Shown: in pieces, positions 48,901 through 60,900 of the stretch
How the letters are laid out: each line of letters begins with the position of its first letter
How positions within the stretch are numbered: position 1 is the first letter of the stretch
Source: the human T2T-CHM13v2.0 reference genome, Homo sapiens
DNA: 64,000 nt
Direction: 5' to 3' (one strand)
Assembly (NCBI RefSeq): GCF_009914755.1
Contig: NC_060943.1
Program-made: the position numbers and the translations under genes
Notes under the pieces: generated by a model
What the model was told of the DNA's origin: nothing
The model's input: only the letters and a program-made list of their open reading frames with translations
Database searches by the model: none

Positions 48901-51900
48901 TTTTTGTGTAATTTGCAAGTGGAGATTTCAGCCGCTTTGAGGTCAATGGTAGAAAAGGAAATATCTTCGTATAAAAACTGGACAGAATGATTCTCAGAAA
49001 CTCCTTTGTGATGTGTGCGTTCAACACACAGAGTTTAACCTTTCTTTTCAAAGAGCAGTTAGGAAACACTCTGTTTGTAAAGTCTGCAAGTGGATATTCA
49101 GACCTCCTTGAGGCCTTCGTTGGAAACGGGTTTTCTTCATATTATGCTAGACAGAAGAATTCTCAGTAACTTCCTTGTGTTGTGTGTATTCGACTCACAG
49201 AGTTGAACGATCCTTTACACAGAGCATACTTGAAACACTCTTTTTGTGGAATTTGCAAGTGGAGATTTCAGCCGCTTTGTGGTCAATGGTAGAATAGGAA
49301 ATATCTTCCTATAGAAACTAGACAGAATGATTCTCAGAAACTCCTTTGTGATGTGTGCGTTCAACTCACAGAGTTTAACCTTTCTTTTCATAGAGCAGTT
49401 AGGAAACACTCTGTTTGTAAAGTCTGCAAGTGGATATTCAGACCTCCTTGAGGCCTTCGTTGGAAACGGGATTTCTTCATATTATGCTGGACAGAAGAAT
49501 TCTCAGTAACTTCCTTGTATTGTGTGTATTCAACTCACAGAGATGAACGATCCTTTACACAGAGCAGACTTGAAACACTCTTTTTGTGGAATTTGCAAGT
49601 GGAGATTTCAGCCGCTTTCAGGTCAATGGTAGAATAGGAAATATCTTCCTATAGAAACTAGACAGAATGATTCTCAGAAACTCCCTTGTGATGTGTGCGT
49701 TCAACTCACAGAGTTTAACCTTTCTTTTCATAGAGCAGTTAGGAAACACTCTGTTTGTAAAGTCTGCAAGTGGATATTCAGACCTCCTTGAGGCCTTCGT
49801 TGGAAACGGGATTTCTTCATATTATGCTAGACAGAAGAATTCTCAGTAACTTCCTTGTGTTGTGTGTATTCAACTCATAGAGTTGAACGATCCTTTACAC
49901 AGAGCATACTTGAAACACTCTTCTTGTGGAATTTGCAAGTGGAGATTTCAGCCGCTTTGAGGTCAATGGTAGAATAGCAAATATCTTCCTATAGAAACTA
50001 GACAGAATGATTCTCAGAAACTCCTTTGTGATGTGTGCGTTCAACTCACAGAGTTTAACCTTTCTTTTCATAGAGCAGTTAGGAAACACTCTGTTTGTAA
50101 AGTCTGCAAGTGGATATTCGGACCTCCTTGAGGCCTTCTTTGGAAACGGGATTTCTTCTTATTATGCTAGACAGAAAAATTCTCAGTAACTTCCTTGTGT
50201 TGTGTGTATTCAACTCACAGAGTTGAATGATCCTTTACACAGAGCAGGCTTGAAACACTCTTTTTGTGGAATTTGCAAGTGGTGATTTCAGCCGCTTTGA
50301 GGTCAATGGTAGAATAGGAAATATCTTCCTATAGAAACTAGACAGAATGATTCTCAGAAAATCCTTTGTGATGTGTGCGTTCAACTCACAGAGTTTAACC
50401 TTTCTTTTCATAGAGCAGTTAGGAAACACTCTGTTTGTAAAGTCTGCAAGTGGATATTCAGACATCTTTGAGGCTTTCGTTGGAAACGGGATTTCTTCAT
50501 ATTCTGCTATACAGAAGAATTCTCAGAAACTTCCTTGTGTTGTGTGTTTTCAACTCACAGAGTTGAACGATCCTTTCCACAGAGCAGACTTGAAACACTC
50601 TTTTTGTGGAATTTGCAAGTGGAGATTTCAGCCGCTTTGAGGTCAATGGTAGAAAAGGAAATATCTTCGTATAAAAACTAGACAGAATGATTCTCAGAAA
50701 CTCCTTTGTGATGTGTGCGTTCAACTCACAGAGTTTAACCTTTCTTTTCATAGAGCAGTTAGGAAACACTCTGTTTGTAAAGTCTGCAAGTGGATATTCA
50801 GACCTCTTTGAGGCCTTCGTTGGAAATGGGATTTCTTCATATTCTGCTAGAGAGAAGAATTCTCAGGAACTTCCTTGTGTTGTGTGTATTCAACTCACAG
50901 AGTTCAACGATCCTTTACACAGAGCAGACTTGAAACACTCTTTTGGTGGAATTTGGAAGTGGAGATTTCAGCCGCTTTGAGGTCAATGGTAGAAAAGGAA
51001 ATATCTTCGTATAAAAACTAGACAGAATGATTCTCAGAAACTCCTTTGTGATGTGTGCGTTCAACTCACAGAGTTTAACCTTTCTTTTCATAGAGCAGTT
51101 AGGAAACACTCTGTTTGTAAAGTCTGCAAGTGGATATTCAGACATCTTTGAGGCCTTCGTTGGAAACGGGATTTCTTCATATTATGTTAGACAGAAGAAT
51201 TCTCAGTAACTTCCTTGTGCTGTGTGTATTCAACTCACAGAGTTGAACGATCCTTTACACAGAGCAGACTTGATACACTCTTTTTGTGGAATTTGCAAGT
51301 GGAGATTTCAGCCGCTTTGAGGTCAATGGTAGAAAAGGAAATATCTTCGTATAAAAACTAGACAGAATGATTCTCAGAAACTCCTTTGTGATGTGTGCGT
51401 TCAACTCACAGAGTTTAACCTTTCTTTTCATAGAGCAGTTAGGAAACACTCTGTTTGTAACGTCTGCAAGTGGATATTCAGACCTCCTTGAGGCCTTCGT
51501 TGGAAACGGGATTTCTTCATATTCTGCTACAGAGAAGAAGTCTCAGTAACTTCCTTGTGTTGTGTGTATTCAACTCACAGAGTTGAACGATCCTTTACAC
51601 AGAGCAGACTTGAAACACTCTTTTTGTGGAATTTGCAAGTGGAGATTTCAGCCGCTTTGAGGTCCATGGTAGAATAGGAAATATCTTCCTATAGAAACTA
51701 GACAGAATGATTCTCAGAAACTCCTTTGTGATGTGTGCGTTCAACTCACAGAGTTTAACCTTTCTTTTCATAGAGCAGTTAGGAAACACTCTGTTTGTAA
51801 AGTCTGCAAGTGGATATTCAGACCTCCTTGAGGCCTTCGTTGGAAACGGGATTTCTTCATATTATGCTAGACAGAAGAATTCTCAGTAACTTCCTTGTGT

Positions 51901-54900
51901 TGTGTGTATTCATCTCACAGAGTTGAACGATCCGTTACACAGAGCATACTTGAAACACTCTTCTTGTGGAATTTGCAAGTGGAGATTTCAGCCGCTTTGA
52001 GGTCAATGGTAGAATAGGAAATATCTTCCTATAGAAACTAGACAGAATGATTCTCAGAAACTCCTTTGTGATGTGTGCGTTCAACTCACAGTTTAACCTT
52101 TCTTTTCATAGAGCAGTTAGGAAACACTCTGTTTGTAAAGTCTGCAAGTGGATATTCAGACCTCCTTGAGGCCTTCGTTGGAAACGGGATTTCTTCATAT
52201 TATGCTAGACAGAAGAATTCTCAGTAACTTCCTTATGTTGTGTGTATTCAACTCACAGAGTTGAACTATCCTTTACACAGAGCAGACTTGAAACACTCTT
52301 TTTGTGGAATTTGCAAGTGGAGATTTCAGCCGCTTTGAGGTCAATGGTAGAATAGGAAATATCTTCCTATAGAAACTAGACAGAATGATTCTCAGAAACT
52401 CCTTTGTGATGTGTGCGTTCAACTCACAGAGTTTAACCTTTCTTTTCATAGAGCAGTTAGGAAACACTCTGTTTGTAAAGTCTGCAAGTGGATATTCAGA
52501 CCTCCTTGAGGCCTTCGTTGGAAACGGGATTTCTTCATATTATGCTAGACAGAAGAATTCTCAGTAACTTCCTTGTGTTGTGTGTATTCAACTCACAGAG
52601 TTGAACGATCCTTTACACAGAGCATACTTGAAACACTCTTGTTGTGGAATTTGCAAGTGGAGATTTCAGCCGCTTTGAGGTCAATGGTAGAATAGGAAAT
52701 ATCTTCCTATAGAAACTAGACAGAATGATTCTCAGAAACTCCTTTGTGATGTGTGCGTTCAACTCACAGAGTTTAACCTTTCTTTTCATAGAGCAGTTAG
52801 GAAACACTCTGTTTGTAAAGTCTGCAAGTGGATATTCAGACCTCCTTGAGGCCTTCTTTGGAAACGGGATTTCTTCATATTATGCTAGACAGAAGACTTC
52901 TCAGTAACTTCCTTGTATTGTGTGTATTCAACTCACAGAGTTGAACGATCCTTTACACAGAGCAGACTTGAAACACTCTTTTTGTGGAATTTGCAAGTGG
53001 AGATTTCAGCCGCTTTGAGGTCAATGGTAGAATAGGAAATATCTTCCTATAGAAACTAGACAGAATGATTCTCAGAAACTCCTTTGTGATGTGTGCGTTC
53101 AACTCACAGAGTTTAACCTTTCTTTTCATAGAGCAGTTAGGAAACACTCTGTTTGTAAAGTCTGCAAGTGGATATTCAGACCTCCTTGAGGCCTTCGTTG
53201 GAAACGGGATTTCTTCATATTATGCTTGACAGAAGACTTCTCAGTAACTTCCTTGTATTGTGTGTATTCAACTCACAGAGTTGAACGATCCTTTACACAG
53301 AGCAGACTTGAAACACTCTTTTTGTGGAATTTGCAAGTGGAGATTTCAGCCGCTTTGAGGTCAATGGTAGAATAGGAAATATCTTCCTATAGAAACTAGA
53401 CAGAATGATTCTCAGAAACTCCTTTGTGATGTGTGCGTTCAACTCACAGTTTAACCTTTCTTTTCATAGAGCAGTTAGGAAACACTCTGTTTGTAAAGTC
53501 TGCAAGTGGATATTCAGACCTCCTTGAGGCCTTCTTTGGAAACGGGATTTCCTCTTATTATGCTAGAGAAAAGAATTCTCAGTAACTTCCTTGTGTTGTG
53601 TGTATTCAACTCACAGAGTTGAACGATCCTTTACACAGAGCAGACTTGAAACACTCTTTTTGTGGAATTTGCAAGTGGAGATTTCCGCCGCTTTGAGGTC
53701 AATGGTAGAATAGGAAATATCTTCCTATAGAAACTAGACAGAATGATTCTCAGAAACTCCTTTGTGATGTGTGCGTTCAACTCACAGAGTTTAACCTTTC
53801 TTTTCATAGAGCAGTTAGGAAACACTCTGTTTGTAAAGTCTGCAAGTGGATATTCAGACCTCCTTGAGGCCTTCGTTGGAAACGGGATTTCTTCATATTA
53901 TGCTAGACAGAAGACTTCTCAGTAACTTCCTTGTATTGTGTGTATTCAACTCACAGAGTTGAACGATCCTTTACACAGAGCAGACTTGAAACACTCTTTT
54001 TGTGGAATTTGCAAGTGGAGATTTCAGCCGCTTTGAGGTCAATGGTAGAATAGGAAATATCTTCCTATAGAAACTAGACAGAATGATTCTCAGAAACTCC
54101 TTTGTGATGTGTGCGTTCAACTCACAGAGTTTAACCTTTCTTTTCATAGAGCAGTTAGGAAACACTCTGTTTGTAAAGTCTGCAAGTGGATATTCAGACC
54201 TCCTTGAGGCCTTCGTTGGAAACGGGATTTCTTCATATTATGCCAAACAGAAGAATTCTCAGAAACTTCCTTGTGTTGTGTGTTTTCAACTCACAGAGTT
54301 CAACGATCCTTTACACAGAGTAGACTTGAAACACTGTTTTTGTGGAATTGACAAGTGGAGATTTCAGCCGCTTTGAGGTCAATGGTAGAAAAGGAAATAT
54401 CTTCGTATAAAAACTAGACAGAGTGATTCTCAGAAACTCCTTTGTGATGTCTGCGTTCAACTGACAGAGTTTAACCTTTCTTTTCATAGAGCAGTTAGGA
54501 AACACTCTGTTTGTAAAGTCTGCAAGTGGATATTCAGACCTCCTTGAGGCCTTCGTTGGAAACGGGATTTCTTCATATTCTGCTATACAGAAGAATTCTC
54601 AGAAACTTCCTTGTGTTGTGTGTATTCAACTCACAGAGTTGAACGATCCTTTACACAGAGCAGACTTGAAACACTCTTTTTGTGGAATTGGCAAGTGGAG
54701 ATTTCAGCCGCTTTGAGGTCAATGGTAGAAAAGGAAATATCTTCGTATAAAAACTAGACAGAATGATTCTCAGAAACTCCTTTGTGATGTGTGCGTTCAA
54801 CTCACAGAGTTTAACCTTTCTTTTCATAGAGCAGTTAGGAAACACTCTGTTTGTAAAGTCTGCAAGTGGATATTCAGACATCTTTGAGGCCTTCGTTGGA

Positions 54901-57900
54901 AACGGGATTTCTTCATATTATGTTAGACAGAAGAATTCTCAGTAACTTCCTTGTGCTGTGTGTATTCAACTCACAGAGTTGAACGATCCTTTACACAGAG
55001 CAGACTTGATACACTCTTTTTGTGGAATTTGCAAGTGGAGATTTCAGCCGCTTTGAGGTCAATGGTAGAAAAGGAAATATCTTCGTATAAAAACTAGACA
55101 GAATGATTCTCAGAAACTCCTTTGTGATGTGTGCGTTCAACTCACAGAGTTTAACCTTTCTTTTCATAGAGCAGTTAGGAAACACTCTGTTTGTAACGTC
55201 TGCAAGTGGATATTCAGACCTCCTTGAGGCCTTCGTTGGAAACGGGATTTCTTCATATTCTGCTACAGAGAAGAAGTCTCAGTAACTTCCTTGTGTTGCG
55301 TGTATTCAACTCACAGAGTTGAACGATCCTTTACACAGAGCAGACTTGAAACACTCTTTTTGTGGAATTTGCAAGTGGAGATTTCAGCCGCTTTGAGGTC
55401 AATGGTAGAATAGGAAATATCTTCCTATAGAAACTAGACAGAATTGTTCTCAGAAACTCCTTTGTGATGTGTGCGTTCAACTCACAGAGTTTAACCTTTC
55501 TTTTCATAGAGCAGTTAGGAAACACTCTGTTTGTAAAGTCTGGAAGTGGATATTCAGACCTCCTTGAGGCCTTCGTTGGAAACGGGATTTCTTCATATTA
55601 TGCTTGACAGAAGACTTCTCAGTAACTTCCTTGTATTGTGTGTATTCAACTCACAGAGTTGAACGATCCTTTACACAGAGCAGACTTGAAACACTCTTTT
55701 TGTGGAATTTGCAAGTGGAGATTTCAGCCGCTTTGAGGTCAATGGTAGAATAGGAAATATCTTCCTATAGAAACTAGACAGAATGATTCTCAGAAACTCC
55801 TTTGTGATGTGTGCGTTCAACTCACAGTTTAACCTTTCTTTTCATAGAGCAGTTAGGAAACACTCTGTTTGTAAAGTCTGCAAGTGGATATTCAGACCTC
55901 CTTGAGGCCTTCTTTGGAAACGGGATTTCCTCTTATTATGCTAGAGAAAAGAATTCTCAGTAACTTCCTTGTGTTGTGTGTATTCAACTCACAGAGTTGA
56001 ACGATCCTTTACACAGAGCAGACTTGAAACACTCTTTTTGTGGAATTTGCAAGTGGAGATTTCCGCCGCTTTGAGGTCAATGGTAGAATAGGAAATATCT
56101 TCCTATAGAAACTAGACAGAATGATTCTCAGAAACTCCTTTGTGATGTGTGCGTTCAACTCACAGAGTTTAACCTTTCTTTTCATAGAGCAGTTAGGAAA
56201 CACTCTGTTTGTAAAGTCTGCAAGTGGATATTCAGACCTCCTTGAGGCCTTCGTTGGAAACGGGATTTCTTCATATTATGCTAGACAGAAGAATTCTCAG
56301 TAACTTCCTTGTGTTGTGTGTATTCAACTCACAGAGTTGAACGATCCTTTACACAGAGCATACTTGAAACACTCTTGTTGTGGAATTTGCAATTGGAGAT
56401 TTCAGCCGCTTTGAGGTCAATGGTAGAATAGGAAATATCTTCCTATAGAAACTAGACAGAATGATTCTCAGAAACTCCTTTGTGATGTGTGCGTTCAACT
56501 CACAGAGTTTAACCTTTCTTTTCATAGAGCAGTTAGGAAACACTCTGTTTGTAAAGTCTGCAAGTGGATATTCAGACCTCCTTGAGGCCTTCTTTGGAAA
56601 CGGGATTTCTTCATATTATGCTAGACAGAAGACTTCTCAGTAACTTCCTTGTATTGTGTGTATTCAACTCACAGAGTTGAACGATCCTTTACACAGAGCA
56701 GACTTGAAACACTCTTTTTGTGGAATTTGCAAGTGGAGATTTCAGCCGCTTTGAGGTCAATGGTAGAATAGGAAATATCTTCCTATAGAAACTAGACAGA
56801 ATGATTCTCAGAAACTCCTTTGTGATGTGTGCGTTCAACTCACAGAGTTTAACCTTTCTTTTCATAGAGCAGTTAGGAAACACTCTGTTTGTAAAGTCTG
56901 CAAGTGGATATTCAGACCTCCTTGAGGCCTTCGTTGGAAACGGGATTTCTTCATATTATGCCAAACAGAAGAATTCTCAGAAACTTCCTTGTGTTGTGTG
57001 TTTTCAACTCACAGAGTTCAACGATCCTTTACACAGAGTAGACTTGAAACACTGTTTTTGTGGAATTGACAAGTGGAGATTTCAGCCGCTTTGAGGTCAA
57101 TGGTAGAAAAGGAAATATCTTCGTATAAAAACTAGACAGAGTGATTCTCAGAAACTCCTTTGTGATGTCTGCGTTCAACTGACAGAGTTTAACCTTTCTT
57201 TTCATAGAGCAGTTAGGAAACACTCTGTTTGTAAAGTCTGCAAGTGGATATTCAGACCTCCTTGAGGCCTTCGTTGGAAACGGGATTTCTTCATATTCTG
57301 CTATACAGAAGAATTCTCAGAAACTTCCTTGTGTTGTGTGTATTCAACTCACAGAGTTGAACGATCCTTTACACAGAGCAGACTTTAAACACTCTTTTTG
57401 TGGAATTGGCAAGTGGAGATTTCAGCCGCTTTGAGGTCAATGGTAGAATAGGAAATATCTTCCTATAGAAACTAGACAGAATGATTCTCAGAAACTCCTT
57501 TGTGATGTGTGCGTTCAACTCACAGTTTAACCTTTCTTTTCATAGAGCAGTTAGGAAACACTCTGTTTGTAAAGTCTGCAAGTGGATATTCAGACCTCCT
57601 TGAGGCCTTCTTTGGAAACGGGATTTCCTCTTATTATGCTAGAGAAAAGAATTCTCAGTAACTTCCTTGTGTTGTGTGTATTCAACTCACAGAGTTGAAC
57701 GATCCTTTACACAGAGCAGACTTGAAACACTCTTTTTGTGGAATTTGCAAGTGGAGATTTCCGCCGCTTTGAGGTCAATGGTAGAATAGGAAATATCTTC
57801 CTATAGAAACTAGACAGAATGATTCTCAGAAACTCCTTTGTGATGTGTGCGTTCAACTCACAGAGTTTAACCTTTCTTTTCATAGAGCAGTTAGGAAACA

Positions 57901-60900
57901 CTCTGTTTGTAAAGTCTGCAAGTGGATATTCAGACCTCCTTGAGGCCTTCGTTGGAAACGGGATTTCTTCATATTATGCTAGACAGAAGAATTCTCAGTA
58001 ACTTCCTTGTGTTGTGTGTATTCAACTCACAGAGTTGAACGATCCTTTACACAGAGCATACTTGAAACACTCTTGTTGTGGAATTTGCAAGTGGAGATTT
58101 CAGCCGCTTTGAGGTCAATGGTAGAATAGGAAATATCTTCCTATAGAAACTAGACAGAATGATTCTCAGAAACTCCTTTGTGATGTGTGCGTTCAACTCA
58201 CAGAGTTTAACCTTTCTTTTCATAGAGCAGTTAGGAAACACTCTGTTTGTAAAGTCTGCAAGTGGATATTCAGACCTCCTTGAGGCCTTCTTTGGAAACG
58301 GGATTTCTTCATATTATGCTAGACAGAAGACTTCTCAGTAACTTCCTTGTATTGTGTGTATTCAACTCACAGAGTTGAACGATCCTTTACACAGAGCAGA
58401 CTTGAAACACTCTTTTTGTGGAATTTGCAAGTGGAGATTTCAGCCGCTTTGAGGTCAATGGTAGAATAGGAAATATCTTCCTATAGAAACTAGACAGAAT
58501 GATTCTCAGAAACTCCTTTGTGATGTGTGCGTTCAACTCACAGAGTTTAACCTTTCTTTTCATAGAGCAGTTAGGAAACACTCTGTTTGTAAAGTCTGCA
58601 AGTGGATATTCAGACCTCCTTGAGGCCTTCGTTGGAAACGGGATTTCTTCATATTATGCCAAACAGAAGAATTCTCAGAAACTTCCTTGTGTTGTGTGTT
58701 TTCAACTCACAGACTTCAACGATCCTTTACACAGAGTAGACTTGAAACACTGTTTTTGTGGAATTGACAAGTGGAGATTTCAGCCGCTTTGAGGTCAATG
58801 GTAGAAAAGGAAATATCTTCGTATAAAAACTAGACAGAGTGATTCTCAGAAACTCCTTTGTGATGTCTGCGTTCAACTGACAGAGTTTAACCTTTCTTTT
58901 CATAGAGCAGTTAGGAAACACTCTGTTTGTAAAGTCTGCAAGTGGATATTCAGACCTCCTTGAGGCCTTCGTTGGAAACGGGATTTCTTCATATTCTGCT
59001 ATACAGAAGAATTCTCAGAAACTTCCTTGTGTTGTGTGTATTCAACTCACAGAGTTGAACGATCCTTTACACAGAGCAGACTTTAAACACTCTTTTTGTG
59101 GAATTGGCAAGTGGAGATTTCAGCCGCTTTGAGGTCAATGGTAGAAAAGGAAATATCTTCGTATAAAAACTAGACAGAATGATTCTCAGAAACTCCTTTG
59201 TGATGTGTGCGTTCAACTCACAGAGTTTAACCTTTCTTTTCATAGAGCAGTTAGGAAACACTCTGTTTGTAAAGTCTGCAAGTGGATATTCAGACATCTT
59301 TGAGGCCTTCGTTGGAAACGGGATTTCTTCATATTATGTTAGACAGAAGAATTCTCAGTAACTTCCTTGTGCTGTGTGTATTCAACTCACAGAGTTGAAC
59401 GATCCTTTACACAGAGCAGACTTGATACACTCTTTTTGTGGAATTTGCAAGTGGAGATTTCAGCCGCTTTGAGGTCAATGGTAGAAAAGGAAATATCTTC
59501 GTATAAAAACTAGACAGAATGATTCTCAGAAACTCCTTTGTGATGTGTGCGTTCAACTCACAGAGTTTAACCTTTCTTTTCATAGAGCAGTTAGGAAACA
59601 CTCTGTTTGTAACGTCTGCAAGTGGATATTCAGACCTCCTTGAGGCCTTCGTTGGAAACGGGATTTCTTCATATTCTGCTACAGAGAAGAAGTCTCAGTA
59701 ACTTCCTTGTGTTGTGTGTATTCAACTCACAGAGTTGAACGATCCTTTACACAGAGCAGACTTGAAACACTCTTTTTGTGGAATTTGCAAGTGGAGATTT
59801 CAGCCGCTTTGAGGTCCATGGTAGAATAGGAAATATCTTCCTATAGAAACTAGACAGAATGATTCTCAGAAACTCCTTTGTGATGTGTGCGTTCAACTCA
59901 CAGAGTTTAACCTTTCTTTTCTTAGAGCAGTTAGGAAACACTCTGTTTGTAAAGCCTGCAAGTGGATATTCAGACCTCCATGAGGCCTTCGTTGGAAACG
60001 GGATTTCTTCATATTATGCTAGACAGAAGAATTCTCAGTAACTTCCTTGTGTTGTGTGTATTCATCTCACAGAGTTGAACGATCCGTTACACAGAGCATA
60101 CTTGAAACACTCTTCTTGTGGAATTTGCAAGTGGAGATTTCAGCCGCTTTGAGGTCAATGGTAGAATAGGAAATATCTTCCTATAGAAACTAGACAGAAT
60201 GATTCTCAGAAACTCCTTTGTGATGTGTGCGTTCAACTCACAGTTTAACCTTTCTTTTCATAGAGCAGTTAGGAAACACTCTGTTTGTAAAGTCTGCAAG
60301 TGGATATTCAGACCTCCTTGAGGCCTTCGTTGGAAACGGGATTTCTTCATATTATGCTAGACAGAAGAATTCTCAGTAACTTCCTTATGTTGTGTGTATT
60401 CAACTCACAGAGTTGAACTATCCTTTACACAGAGCAGACTTGAAACACTCTTTTTGTGGAATTTGCAAGTGGAGATTTCAGCCGCTTTGAGGTCAATGGT
60501 AGAATAGGAAATATCTTCCTATAGAAACTAGACAGAATGATTCTCAGAAACTCCTTTGTGATGTGTGCGTTCAACTCACAGAGTTTAACCTTTCTTTTCA
60601 TAGAGCAGTTAGGAAACACTCTGTTTGTAAAGTCTGCAAGTGGATATTCAGACCTCCTTGAGGCCTTCATTGGAAACGGGATTTCTTCATATTATGCTAG
60701 ACAGAAGAATTCTCAGTAACTTCCTTGTGTTGTGTGTATTCAACTCACAGAGTTGAACGATCCTTTACACAGAGCATACTTGAAACACTCTTGTTGTGGA
60801 ATTTGCAAGTGGAGATTTCAGCCGCTTTGAGGTCAATGGTAGAATAGGAAATATCTTCCTATAGAAACTAGACAGAATGATTCTCAGAAACTCCTTTGTG

